Source of the DNA: Verrucomicrobiota bacterium
Lineage (GTDB): Bacteria > Verrucomicrobiota > Verrucomicrobiia > Chthoniobacterales > UBA10450
DNA length: 27,201 nucleotides
Assembly (NCBI GenBank): GCA_003219225.1
Contig: QHPZ01000130.1
Span: 1 to 27,201, forward strand
Direction of reading: 5' to 3'
Position numbers and translations under genes: made by a program. Shown in pieces: positions 1-8,523 of the stretch. The stretch's first letter is position 1; each line of letters opens with the position of its first letter. The notes under the pieces were generated by a model. The model was not told the DNA's origin, did no database searches, and saw only the letters and a list, made by a program, of their open reading frames with translations.

Positions 1-2
1 CA

Positions 3-437
3 ATGCGAACGAAAGAATTCCTCAGTAAACTGGAGCACGACCGGATTGTGCAAGCGATCCGCGAGGCCGAAGCAAAAACCTCCGGAGAGGTCCGCGTTTT
101 CATTCGGCGCGGCAACTTGGAAGGCGATCCGCTGCTCGCGGCGCAGAGACAATTTCGCCGCCTCGGGATGCATCGCACTGCCGATCGCAATGCCGTGCTC
201 ATCTTTGTCGCGCCGCGCGCCCACAAATTTGCCGTGGTCGGTGACCGGGCGATTCACGAAAAATGCGGCGAACAGTTATGGCATCGCCTCGTTGATCGAA
301 TGCAGAGACATTTTCGCAGCGAAAAATTCAGTGACGCTCTTGTCGAAGCCATAGAGGAAGCCGGGAGGGGGCTGGCCGAGCATTTTCCGAAAAGAGCGAC
401 GTCTACAGATCTGCCTGACGAAGTCGTGGAAAAATAA
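3..437 (+). CDS. TPM-domain protein (short type, normally the third gene of the lemA-TPM-TPM operon)
   Basis: 144-aa ORF with RIVQAIREAEAKTSGEVRV, NAVLIFVAP, FAVVGD and LPDEVV motifs typical of the family. Confidence 0.85.
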   Translation: MRTKEFLSKLEHDRIVQAIREAEAKTSGEVRVFIRRGNLEGDPLLAAQRQFRRLGMHRTADRNAVLIFVAPRAHKFAVVGDRAIHEKCGEQLWHRLVDRMQRHFRSEKFSDALVEAIEEAGRGLAEHFPKRATSTDLPDEVVEK

Positions 438-1302
438 TGGTAGGGACGGACCGCCGGGCCGTCCGCCAGCAACGGCGCGCCCGGCGGTCGCGCCCTACCA
501 AAACGCCCCTTGCAAATCTGAAAGAATGCTCTTTATTCCACGCTCCGCAGCGAGTTTTTGAAATTACGCCGTTGGTCCCTGGGTCTCCGTCGCTGGACGC
601 GAAACCGCACTCGCCAGGGGAAACCCGGCGCGAAGAATAACCGTAACCTCCCAGCCGGATGAGTCGCGAGATCACAATCAGAATGACGAGAAAGACAATA
701 AAGCTCACGAATGCCGGTGTGCCGCCGGTGCGCGACTGTTCGCGAATGGTTTTGCCGGATCCTTCGTATTCACCGCGAACCGCCTTGAGAATCGAGTCGA
801 TGCCGGCAGCGAGCCCGCCTTCGTAATCGTTAGCGCGAAAATGCGGTTTGATGCGGTATTCGGTGATGTCGAACGCGGTCGCATCCGGCAGGACGGCTTC
901 CAATCCGTAGCCGACCTGGATGAACATCTTGCGATCCTCGATAAAGACGAACAAGAGCACACCATTGCGACGTTCCTTTCTGCCGACACCCCAGGCCTGC
1001 GCGACCCGCTGCGTGTAATCGGCAATGTCTGAGTCGCTCTGCATTTTTGGAAAAACCGCGACCACAACCTGATCGGAAGTCTCGCGCTCGAATTGCGCGA
1101 GCTGCTCGTTGAATCGCAGCGCCGCCGACGGTGAAACGATGCGCGCGTAATCGTTGAAATAGCGGTCTGGCTTTGGCGGAATGACTTCGGCGGCTTGCGC
1201 GTAAATGGCCAGCAATAGGAGCGCAACAGCGAGGGGGATCCGCCGCTGTGCGGGCGATGCTAAAACAAGGCGGCGCAGCCGCGATCCACCGAAGATCGAC
1301 AT
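403..1302 (-). CDS. TPM-domain (YgcG-like) membrane protein, apparently 3'-truncated or chimeric after ~625
   Basis: Signal-like hydrophobic N-region, YFNDYA, QVVVAVF, GVLLFVF, IQVGYGLE motifs and a TM helix; recognisable sequence stops at GYGYSSRR, the usual Gly-rich tail is absent, and the ORF runs through a REP into the opposite-strand gene. Confidence 0.8.
   Translation of the reverse strand: MSIFGGSRLRRLVLASPAQRRIPLAVALLLLAIYAQAAEVIPPKPDRYFNDYARIVSPSAALRFNEQLAQFERETSDQVVVAVFPKMQSDSDIADYTQRVAQAWGVGRKERRNGVLLFVFIEDRKMFIQVGYGLEAVLPDATAFDITEYRIKPHFRANDYEGGLAAGIDSILKAVRGEYEGSGKTIREQSRTGGTPAFVSFIVFLVILIVISRLIRLGGYGYSSRRVSPGECGFASSDGDPGTNGVISKTRCGAWNKEHSFRFARGVLVGRDRRARRCWRTARRSVPTIIFPRLRQADL
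438..500. repeat. REP doublet (GTAGGG family), imperfect inverted pair
   Basis: TGGTAGGGACGGACCGCCGGGCCGTCCG (438-465) faces CGGCGCGCCCGGCGGTCGCGCCCTACCA (473-500); the second unit is 27/28 identical to 11307-11334. Confidence 0.85.
1233..1290. repeat. Degenerate REP-like doublet (GGTGGATCGC...GCGATG family) within the TPM gene 5' end
   Basis: GGGGATCCGCCGCTGTGCGGGCGATGC on + and GGTGGATCGCGGCTGCGCCGCC on -; resembles the unit at 1974-2001. Confidence 0.45.
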
Positions 1303-1956
1303 CTAGGGCGACGCCACTGGTGAAGCGGCTGGCGCGGGTGACGCGAAATTAAATTGCACCGGCGGCGGGCGTTCCGCACCTGCGGCCGCAGTGAAGAACG
1401 GACGCGGCGAGAAACCGAACATCCCGGCGATCATATTGGTCGGAAAACTGCGCACAGCGACGTTATAGCTTTGCACAACGCTGTTGAAGTTGCCGCGCTC
1501 AACCGCGATCCGGTTCTCAGTGCCTTCGAGCTGGGCCTGCAAACTTTGGAAATTCTGGTTGGCGCGCAGCTCCGGATATCGCTCGACCACGACGAGCAAC
1601 CGCGAGAGCGCGTTGCTCAATTGCCCCTGCGCCGCCTGGAATTCCTGCAACTGCGCGGCATCGCTAGGCGCTTTGTTTGGATCGAGCTGCACGCGGCCGA
1701 CGCTGGCCCGCGCGTTGGTCACTTCCACGAGCGTTGATTTTTCGAAATTAGCCGCCCCGGCAACCGTGTTGACGAGATTGGGGATCAGATCGGCGCGGCG
1801 CTGATACACATTCTGCACCTGCGCCCATTGCTGATCGACGCTCTGCTGCGAACGAACGAGACGATTGTAAGTGCCGCCGAAAAACAGGGCGATAATGAAA
1901 GCGATAAAGAGAACGATCACGACGAGGCCACCGCAGCCAATGGCAAATTTGTTCAT
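1303..1956 (-). CDS. lemA: LemA family protein
   Basis: N-terminal TM, YNRLV, QWAQVQNVYQRRADLIPNLV, YPELRANQNF, LEGTENRIAVER motifs. Confidence 0.95.
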   Translation of the reverse strand: MNKFAIGCGGLVVIVLFIAFIIALFFGGTYNRLVRSQQSVDQQWAQVQNVYQRRADLIPNLVNTVAGAANFEKSTLVEVTNARASVGRVQLDPNKAPSDAAQLQEFQAAQGQLSNALSRLLVVVERYPELRANQNFQSLQAQLEGTENRIAVERGNFNSVVQSYNVAVRSFPTNMIAGMFGFSPRPFFTAAAGAERPPPVQFNFASPAPAASPVASP

Positions 1957-1973
1957 AAGATCGACAATGTGGA

Positions 1974-2001
1974 GGTGGATGGCGTTATCCTCAACGCGAT
2001 G
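1974..2001 (+). repeat. Single REP-like hairpin (GTGG family)
   Basis: GGTGG-ATGGCGTT-ATCCTC-AACGCGAT-G, 8-bp stem with one mismatch, intergenic. Confidence 0.6.
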
Positions 2002-2054
2002 TTAAAAATGGCGGCGAGAATCGCGTAGATTTACGGTCGTCTTCCGAAGAAGGC

Positions 2055-3104
2055 TTACTTCCCGAGCACCAGGCGCAAAAAATGTGCGTCCGAGAATTTC
2101 GCGGCCCATCCTTGTCTCACGATCAGCGCGTTCAGGGAAGGAATGACGAACAGCCGTTGATAATTGGAGCCGAGCGCGACGATCATGTCGGCGCGCGCGT
2201 CTTTGCAAATGCAGACATCGGTCCAACGCGCGCGCGGCCAGGGCAAGTCGAGTTCCTTTTCAACGTCGATCTCCTGGCCATGCAGCGCGTCTCGATTGAG
2301 CCAAAACGTCAGCCCATAAGAAGGATTCACGCTCGATCCCGCGAACGCCTGGCGCAGCAGCGCCGGCGAAATAACCTGGCGCCCGTGGTAAGTGCCGCGG
2401 CCGAGGATCAGCTCGCCAAACCGCGCCCATTCGCGTGCGGTCAGCTCAAAACCGCTGGCCGGTAATGGATTGCCGCGTCGATCTTTCTTAAAATCGACGT
2501 CGTAAATGCCGAGCGGGCTGAGAACGTGCTCGGCGACGAAAGAAGCCGGCGCGCGCCCGTGCAATTTGCGGCGTAACAGTTCCGAGAAAATCTGGAGATG
2601 ACTCGGCCCATAAGTGAAAACTGTTCCCGGCGGCGCGACCATCGGCAAGCGGATGGCGGTCCCGTTCCGGTCCCCGATTGATTCACGATGCAGATGCGGC
2701 CCGGGCTCAATTCCGTCCGTAAAATTGAGCAACTCGCGAACCGTAATTTGCGATCGAAGCGGGTCGCTCTTCCATTCCGAGATCGTATCGGCGACGCGGT
2801 CATCGAGTTGGAGGAGATGTTGTTGAGCGGCGACGATCGCCGCCACGCCCCAGAAACTTTTTGTGCCGCTGAAAATCGGGACCCGTCCATTGGCCTGGCC
2901 GCCGTTCGCGTAATGCTCGAAAATCGTCCGACCGTTTTGCGTCACGAGCATGGACATGCCGCGATTGCTCTCCGAATATTTGGCGGCCCGCGCGCAATCG
3001 GCCGGTTTGATCTCGGCAAGTGAGATCGTCGAGCTTACCAGAGCGAATGCGACGATCACGCTGTAGCCGCTTCGTTGTGCGAAGCGCGAGCAATCCGGAG
3101 TCAT
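2055..3104 (-). CDS. Serine hydrolase, beta-lactamase class C / AmpC-related family, probably secreted
   Basis: SGTK (SxxK) motif, ITVRELL, PGTVFTYG, LSPLG, YGLTFWLN, GSNYQRLFVIPS; hydrophobic N-terminal stretch. Confidence 0.9.
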   Translation of the reverse strand: MTPDCSRFAQRSGYSVIVAFALVSSTISLAEIKPADCARAAKYSESNRGMSMLVTQNGRTIFEHYANGGQANGRVPIFSGTKSFWGVAAIVAAQQHLLQLDDRVADTISEWKSDPLRSQITVRELLNFTDGIEPGPHLHRESIGDRNGTAIRLPMVAPPGTVFTYGPSHLQIFSELLRRKLHGRAPASFVAEHVLSPLGIYDVDFKKDRRGNPLPASGFELTAREWARFGELILGRGTYHGRQVISPALLRQAFAGSSVNPSYGLTFWLNRDALHGQEIDVEKELDLPWPRARWTDVCICKDARADMIVALGSNYQRLFVIPSLNALIVRQGWAAKFSDAHFLRLVLGK

Positions 3105-3138
3105 GTCTACAGAACGTCGCGGACAACGCGACGGCTAC
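3063..3138. repeat. REP doublet (GTAGCC family)
   Basis: GTAGCCGCTTCGTTGTGCGAAGC (3063-3085, +) and GTAGCCGTCGCGTTGTCCGCGACG (3138-3115, -). Confidence 0.8.
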
Positions 3139-3770
3139 AGATTTGTTGTAGCCGCGGTCGATGAGCGCGGACCGGCGTCAGCGATGCCGGCTACAGGACG
3201 CGCGACCGGCAGATAGCGTTTGCGCAACTCCTCGACGTTTGGCAACTCGTCGAGCGTGCGCAGGCCGAAATGGTCGAGGAAAAACTCGGTTGTCTCATAG
3301 AGCAACGGGCGCCCTGGGATTTCGGCGCGACCGGCAATTTTGACGAGACCGCGTTCGAGCAGGGTCTGCAATACGCCGTCGATGGTGACGCCGCGCACGG
3401 CTTCGACATCCGCGCGGGTGATCGGCTGCCGATACGCAACGATGGCGAGCGTCTCCAGCGCAGGCGCGCTCAATCGCGTCGGTTTAGGCGGGGGGAACAA
3501 CTGACGCACCCATTTGGCATACACAGGATCGCTCACGAGCTGCCAGCCTTCGGCCTTTTCGACGAGCTGAAACGCGCGCTGTTGCTCAATGTATTCGGTT
3601 TTCAGTTCCTCGAGCGCAGCCGCCACTTCCGCTTTGCGCACTCGCGCGAACTCGTTAGGCACAAGCTCGTCTTCGGCGCCGGCGCGGCCTAAAACATCGA
3701 CAATCTGTTCGGCCGAGAGCGGTTTTTGTGCGCTGAATAAAAGCGCCTCGATGACTCGCGCCAAGCTCAT
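3135..3770 (-). CDS. scpB: SMC-Scp complex subunit ScpB
   Basis: VIEALLF, LSAPALETLAIVAYRQPITRADVEAVRGV, GRPLLYETTEFFLDHFGL; ATG overlaps the glmM stop (TGATG). Confidence 0.95.
   Translation of the reverse strand: MSLARVIEALLFSAQKPLSAEQIVDVLGRAGAEDELVPNEFARVRKAEVAAALEELKTEYIEQQRAFQLVEKAEGWQLVSDPVYAKWVRQLFPPPKPTRLSAPALETLAIVAYRQPITRADVEAVRGVTIDGVLQTLLERGLVKIAGRAEIPGRPLLYETTEFFLDHFGLRTLDELPNVEELRKRYLPVARPVAGIADAGPRSSTAATTNL
3148..3194. repeat. REP doublet (GTAGCC family) inside the scpB 3' end
   Basis: GTAGCCGCGGTCGATGAGCGCGG-A-CCGGCGTCAGCGATGCCGGCTAC; 43/47 identical to 19262-19308. Confidence 0.9.
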
Positions 3771-5155
3771 CAATTCGTGCCGATCGCGGCTTCGATCGCC
3801 TCGGCGATGCGATTGGCGTGCTTGTCGATCTTGTCGAACTCGCGGCCTTCGATGAGCAAGCGGATTTTGGGCTCGGTCCCGGAGTAGCGCAGCAGGATCC
3901 GCCCCTTGCCCGCGAGCTCGCGTTCGACTTCATCGCGCAGTCTAACGACGTCGCGCAGTTCTTCGATTGGCGGTTTGGCTTTCACTTTCAAGTTCCGTTG
4001 CGCCTGCGGATATTTTTTCAGACACGCTTTTAGTTTGCTCAGCGGCTGGCCGGTTTGATGCATGATCCGCAAAACCTGGAGCGCGCTGATAATGCCGTCG
4101 CCGGTAGTGGTGAAATCGCGGAAGATGATGTGTCCGCTCTGTTCACCGCCCAGGTTCAGATTCTGCGCGACCATTTCCTCGATTACGTAACGGTCGCCCA
4201 CTTTTGTTCGCACGACTTTCCCGCCGTAGGCAGCAATCGTTTCGTCCAGGCCAAAATTGCTCATGACCGTGGCAACGACGGTGTTGTCCCGGAGCTGTTT
4301 CGCTTGCAACAAATCGATCGCGGCGATGGCGAGGATTTCGTCGCCATCGACGATCTCGCCGTTCGCGTCGCACAGCAGGACGCGATCGGCATCGCCGTCG
4401 TGAGTAATTCCAACATCTGCGCCGCTCAGTTGGACGGCGCGTTGGATTTCCTCCGGATGCATGCTGCCGCAGCCGTCGTTGATGTTCATGCCGTTCGGCT
4501 CGTTGTGGACGACGGCGACCTCGGCCCCCAGCTCGCGCAGCACGCACGGCGTCGACTTGTAAGCGGCGCCGTTGGCGACATCGACCGCGACGCGCAACTC
4601 TTCCAGCGACATCTTCCGCGGGAAGCTCGCTTTCACGAATTCGACGTAGCGGCCGAGCGCGTCGTCGATGCGCGCGGCGCGCCCGATTTTCCCGGCCGTC
4701 GGCCGGATGGAATCGACTTCCCCGCTAAAGACGAGCCGTTCAATTTGTTCTTCTACCTGGTCGTCGAGCTTGTAACCGTCGTGGCGGAAAAATTTGATGC
4801 CGTTGTCCTCGTACGGGTTGTGCGAAGCGGAAAGGACAATCCCGGCGTCGGCGCGGAGTGAACGCGTGATGTAGGCGACGCCCGGCGTCGGCAGCGGTCC
4901 GATGATTAGAACGTCGACACCGAGCGAAGTGATCCCGGCCACGAGCGCGTTCTCGAGCATGTACCCCGAAAGACGTGTATCTTTGCCGAGTACAATTTTC
5001 GGACGCGCACCTTCGGGCGTTTTGCGCGGATTCAGCTGCGTAAAAACGTGCGCGGCTGCGCGGCCGAGCTTGAGCGCAGTCTCAGCCGTAACTGGTTCGA
5101 CGTTGGCCACTCCGCGCACACCGTCGGTGCCAAAAATTTTCTTGGGCTGCGTCAC
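3770..5155 (-). CDS. glmM: Phosphoglucosamine mutase
   Basis: FGTDGVRG, GKDTRLSG, SASHNP phosphoserine motif, DGDADR metal motif, GGEQSGH, RYSGTEP. Confidence 0.97.
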   Translation of the reverse strand: MTQPKKIFGTDGVRGVANVEPVTAETALKLGRAAAHVFTQLNPRKTPEGARPKIVLGKDTRLSGYMLENALVAGITSLGVDVLIIGPLPTPGVAYITRSLRADAGIVLSASHNPYEDNGIKFFRHDGYKLDDQVEEQIERLVFSGEVDSIRPTAGKIGRAARIDDALGRYVEFVKASFPRKMSLEELRVAVDVANGAAYKSTPCVLRELGAEVAVVHNEPNGMNINDGCGSMHPEEIQRAVQLSGADVGITHDGDADRVLLCDANGEIVDGDEILAIAAIDLLQAKQLRDNTVVATVMSNFGLDETIAAYGGKVVRTKVGDRYVIEEMVAQNLNLGGEQSGHIIFRDFTTTGDGIISALQVLRIMHQTGQPLSKLKACLKKYPQAQRNLKVKAKPPIEELRDVVRLRDEVERELAGKGRILLRYSGTEPKIRLLIEGREFDKIDKHANRIAEAIEAAIGTN

Positions 5156-5216
5156 GCGTTACTGAAACGCCGGAAGAGCGATTCGTAAAAGGAAACTTTG
5201 CAATGTCGATCTTGCT

Positions 5217-5258
5217 ATAGCCGGCCTAAGTGATGCCGGGATCACCGATCCCGGCTAC
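5217..5258. repeat. Overlapping REP doublet (GTAGCC family)
   Basis: ATAGCCGGCCTAAGTGATGCCGG on + and GTAGCCGGGATCGGTGATCCCGGC on -; the minus-strand TAG is the response-regulator stop codon. Confidence 0.8.
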
Positions 5259-6676
5259 AACGCTGTCTCTTCATTGGCGGTTGCGCTTTCGACATCGGCT
5301 TTGGCGGCGTTCATCTCGTTGATTTTTCGGTGCAGGGTGCGGCGGCTGATGCCGAGTTTCTTCGCGGCGGCGGTGACGTTGCCGTTGGTGGTGGCGAGCG
5401 CCTGGAGGATAAGCTTTTTCTCAGTCTCGTGCAGATCAAGCGGACTCGCCTTTTCGCCGAATGCTTTGGCGGGTGAAATGCCGCGGGGCAACGTCGCGCC
5501 GGCAGCTTCTCGCACCGCGCTCGGAAGATCGCGCACCGTGATCTTTGTTCCGGTCGCCATGACGACGCCGTGCTCAATGGCGGTGCGCAGCTCGCGCACA
5601 TTGCCGGGCCAATTGTAGGTGAGGAGCGCGTTCATCGCCTCCGGCGCAAGATCGACAACTTCTTTTTCGTTGAGCTTGGCGAAGTGCCGGACAAACGCGC
5701 GCACCAAAAGCGGGATATCATCTTTGCGCTCGCGCAACGGCGGCATCGTGATCCGCACGACGTTGAGCCGAAAGAAAAGATCATCGCGGAACTTTCCTTC
5801 GCGCACGAGCGCTTCGAGGTTCTTGTTCGTCGCGGCGATCAGACGCACGTCCGCGCGCAAGGTTTGATTGCCGCCGACGCGTTCGAACGCGCGCTCTTCG
5901 CTCATTACCCGCAGCAATTTCACCTGCGTGGGCGGCGGGATCTCGGCGACTTCATCGAGAAAAATCGTGCCGCCGTTCGCCTGCTCGAAGCGGCCGACCC
6001 GCCGTTCGTGCGCGCCGGTGAACGCGCCTCTTTCGTGCCCGAACAATTCGCTCTCCAGCAACGTGGGCGAGAGCGCGGCGCAATGCACCGTCACAAATTT
6101 GGCTTTGTTGCGCCGGCTCAAATTGTGAATGGCGTGCGCGGCCAGTTCCTTGCCCGTGCCGCTCTCGCCTTCGATCAACACGTTCGCGGAGGACGGCGCG
6201 ACCTGCTTGATCGTGTCGAACACTTCGTGCAGCGCTGGGGATTCGCCGATGATGTTCTCCAGCCCGTAGCGCTCGTCGATCTGCTGGCGCAACGTGCGAT
6301 TTTCCTGTTCGAGGTTGCGCCCCCGTAACGCGCGCGCGATCAGCATCTCGACCTTGTCGAGGTTCAGCGGTTTGGTGACGAAATCGTAGGCCCCGCGCTT
6401 CATCGCTTCGACCGCGGTATCAACCGAGCCGTAGGCAGTCATCATGATGCAAATGGGCGGGTGCGGCATTTTCAGGGCGCGCTCGATCAACTGCATGCCG
6501 TCCTCGTTGCCGAGGCGGAGATCGGTCAGGAGAAGGTCGATCTGTTCGCGCTCGAGCACGCTCATTGCCCCCGCTATGTCGCCCGCGACGTAAACGTCGT
6601 AATCGTTCTCGAGCAAACGGCGCAGGCCGTCGCGCGTATGTTTTTCGTCGTCAACGATTAGGATAGTCGGCTGCAT
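5255..6676 (-). CDS. Sigma54-dependent NtrC/AtoC-family response regulator (REC-AAA+-Fis HTH)
   Basis: ILIVDD and LLLTDL receiver, GESGTGKE Walker [44 protein letters not shown]; start reassigned to ATG at 6676. Confidence 0.95.
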   Translation of the reverse strand: MQPTILIVDDEKHTRDGLRRLLENDYDVYVAGDIAGAMSVLEREQIDLLLTDLRLGNEDGMQLIERALKMPHPPICIMMTAYGSVDTAVEAMKRGAYDFVTKPLNLDKVEMLIARALRGRNLEQENRTLRQQIDERYGLENIIGESPALHEVFDTIKQVAPSSANVLIEGESGTGKELAAHAIHNLSRRNKAKFVTVHCAALSPTLLESELFGHERGAFTGAHERRVGRFEQANGGTIFLDEVAEIPPPTQVKLLRVMSEERAFERVGGNQTLRADVRLIAATNKNLEALVREGKFRDDLFFRLNVVRITMPPLRERKDDIPLLVRAFVRHFAKLNEKEVVDLAPEAMNALLTYNWPGNVRELRTAIEHGVVMATGTKITVRDLPSAVREAAGATLPRGISPAKAFGEKASPLDLHETEKKLILQALATTNGNVTAAAKKLGISRRTLHRKINEMNAAKADVESATANEETAL

Positions 6677-6790
6677 CGGGAATCTTGTCGGTGGGCCATT
6701 TATTCTCACTCAACTGGCCAAGGTCTCAACGAGAACGTAAGACTCCGCATTCGGCTTCGACTCAGCTCCCGAGTTGAGCGAGTATTTGCG

Positions 6791-7450
6791 GTGAGCACGC
6801 GTCTTTTAATTGTCCTGGTCGCAGGCGCGGCCGCATTCGCGGTTCGCGCGCAGGAGGTCCTCAAACCGGCGGATCCGAACGATGGCTGGAAATTTGCGGC
6901 CAAGACCCACGACGTGACAATCTACAGTCGCATCCGCGCTAGTTCGCCGATCAAGGAGTTCAAGGCCACCGGCGAGATCGATGCGCCGAGCAAAGTCGTT
7001 TATGCGGTCATCGCCAATTTTGAACAGTACCCGCAATTCATGCCCTACACGGTGGAGTGCCGCTTGATTAGGCGTGAAGCTGACGCGCTCGTGAGTTATC
7101 AGCGCTTGTCGCCGAAAATTTGCGCCGATCGCGATTACACTTTGCGCGTCCGCGCCAAGTCGTGGCCGGTGGCGGATGGCACGACGTATCTGAACTGGTG
7201 GACTCCGGCGAATGAGCTCGGCCCGGCGGAGAAGCCTGGCGTAGTGCGCGTAAAAATCTGCGAAGGCGGCTGGCTCATTGAGCCGCAAGGCCGCGATAAA
7301 ACGCACGCCACCTACTCGGTTTACACCGACACGGGCGGACTGATTCCGTCTTTTCTCGCCAATCAGGCCAGCCAGGTTGGAATCAGCCGTCTCTTCGAAG
7401 CGATCCGCAAACAAGTTAAGAACCCGCAATACTCGGTGGCCGGCGATTGA
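6791..7450 (+). CDS. Secreted START/SRPBCC-domain protein (putative lipid/ligand binding)
   Basis: Signal peptide, then W..., KEFKATGEIDAP, DRDY, GGWLIEP, DTGGLIPSFLAN pattern of bacterial START proteins. Confidence 0.8.
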   Translation: MSTRLLIVLVAGAAAFAVRAQEVLKPADPNDGWKFAAKTHDVTIYSRIRASSPIKEFKATGEIDAPSKVVYAVIANFEQYPQFMPYTVECRLIRREADALVSYQRLSPKICADRDYTLRVRAKSWPVADGTTYLNWWTPANELGPAEKPGVVRVKICEGGWLIEPQGRDKTHATYSVYTDTGGLIPSFLANQASQVGISRLFEAIRKQVKNPQYSVAGD

Positions 7451-7474
7451 AACCGGAGATCTGCCTGTTATCGA

Positions 7475-8023
7475 TCACTCCAAATCGGCTGCTCGGTTGA
7501 GATTGCGAAAAAGATTCTGCTCGGTCACCGGGACGGCGACAACGCGCAGTTTTACGGCTGCGACAAGGCGGCTCGTCAATTTTTGCATAGAAAAATCATT
7601 ACCCTGCAGGACGCGGGCAAGATCGACACCGGCCTGGGCCGGATAAATCGCGGCGAGCGGTTCCGCGCGATCGCCGATCATCGGTAGCGCGCCGCAGCCC
7701 CAAAGCGCTCGCAGATAGGTGTGGGTCATGAACGGCATGTCGATTGCCAGCGCAAGCAGATGGCTCGTTCGGGTTTGCTCGAGCGCTGCAGCCAAACCAC
7801 TGAGCGGCCCGCGTGACGGCGCCGCGTCCGCGACGAATCGAATGTCACGCGGCCGCCAATGCGGATCGATTCGCGCGGAAAGCAAAAGCTCGGCGGGTTG
7901 CAATTTCCGCAGACAATTGAGCTGTATTTGCCACAGCGGGGTTCCATGAAAAAGCAGCGCCGCTTTGTCCTCACCCATGCGGCGCGATTCGCCGCCGGCC
8001 AGGAGCACCGCGCTTAGGTTCAT
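7475..8023 (-). CDS. mobA: Molybdenum cofactor guanylyltransferase
   Basis: VLLAGGESRRMGEDKA, GPLSGL, AIDMP, EPLAAIY, FRNLN motifs; ATGA overlap with the MOSC stop. Confidence 0.92.
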   Translation of the reverse strand: MNLSAVLLAGGESRRMGEDKAALLFHGTPLWQIQLNCLRKLQPAELLLSARIDPHWRPRDIRFVADAAPSRGPLSGLAAALEQTRTSHLLALAIDMPFMTHTYLRALWGCGALPMIGDRAEPLAAIYPAQAGVDLARVLQGNDFSMQKLTSRLVAAVKLRVVAVPVTEQNLFRNLNRAADLE

Positions 8024-8493
8024 TTCAGCGATTCGAGAACGCGCGAGCGCAGCTCGCCGTCGTTCAGAATCTTTGCGCGCAACCCGCCGCGGCCTTTCAG
8101 GAATTGTTCCGCGCCCGGAGCGATCGCTCGGTCCATCCAGTAGCACGGGCGGCACTCGTCCGTTCCGTAAAAACGAATGCCTTGAAGTTCAAACTCCTGC
8201 CCGATCAGTTTGTTTAGATCGACATCTCGGGTGAGGACATTGCGGCGCACCGATGAGGGCGAACAATCCTGCAGTTCGAACGCGCGGCACAGCTCGGCGA
8301 AGACTTCGAGCGCGAAAAATGTGATCTGCCCTTTGTAATCATCTCGATAATCGAAGAACCGGTCACCGCGGATGCCGTGCCCGGCCACACATTCGATCAT
8401 CGGCACTTCGACTGTCGGATAATCGTCCGGTTCGCGGCCGTGATGGCCAAAGTAGTTGTGCCCAGGCGAAATGTAGAGATGACAGATTTGCAC
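8020..8493 (-). CDS. MOSC-domain (Moco sulfurase C-terminal) protein
   Basis: HLYISPGHNY, GIRGDRF, RRNV, ECRPC with the conserved Cys, GRGGLRA; GTG start inferred at 8493 (the upstream part of the ORF is antisense to fdhD). Confidence 0.85.
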   Translation of the reverse strand: MQICHLYISPGHNYFGHHGREPDDYPTVEVPMIECVAGHGIRGDRFFDYRDDYKGQITFFALEVFAELCRAFELQDCSPSSVRRNVLTRDVDLNKLIGQEFELQGIRFYGTDECRPCYWMDRAIAPGAEQFLKGRGGLRAKILNDGELRSRVLESLK

Positions 8494-8523
8494 CGGCGCA
8501 ACAATATCGGAAGCGGCCTCAAG

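Noticed and set aside
616-635. AGGGGAAACCCGGCGCGAA resembling a cobalamin riboswitch core
   Set aside because: It spans the junction into TPM coding sequence, and the downstream CTGCCCCCGCAACTGT box is absent.
6716-6732. TGGCCA... as a sigma54 promoter near the regulator/START genes
   Set aside because: No GC at the -12 position.
7690-7720. Possibly shortened MobA segment (YLRALWGCGALP)
   Set aside because: Region is naturally variable; cannot be judged without an alignment.
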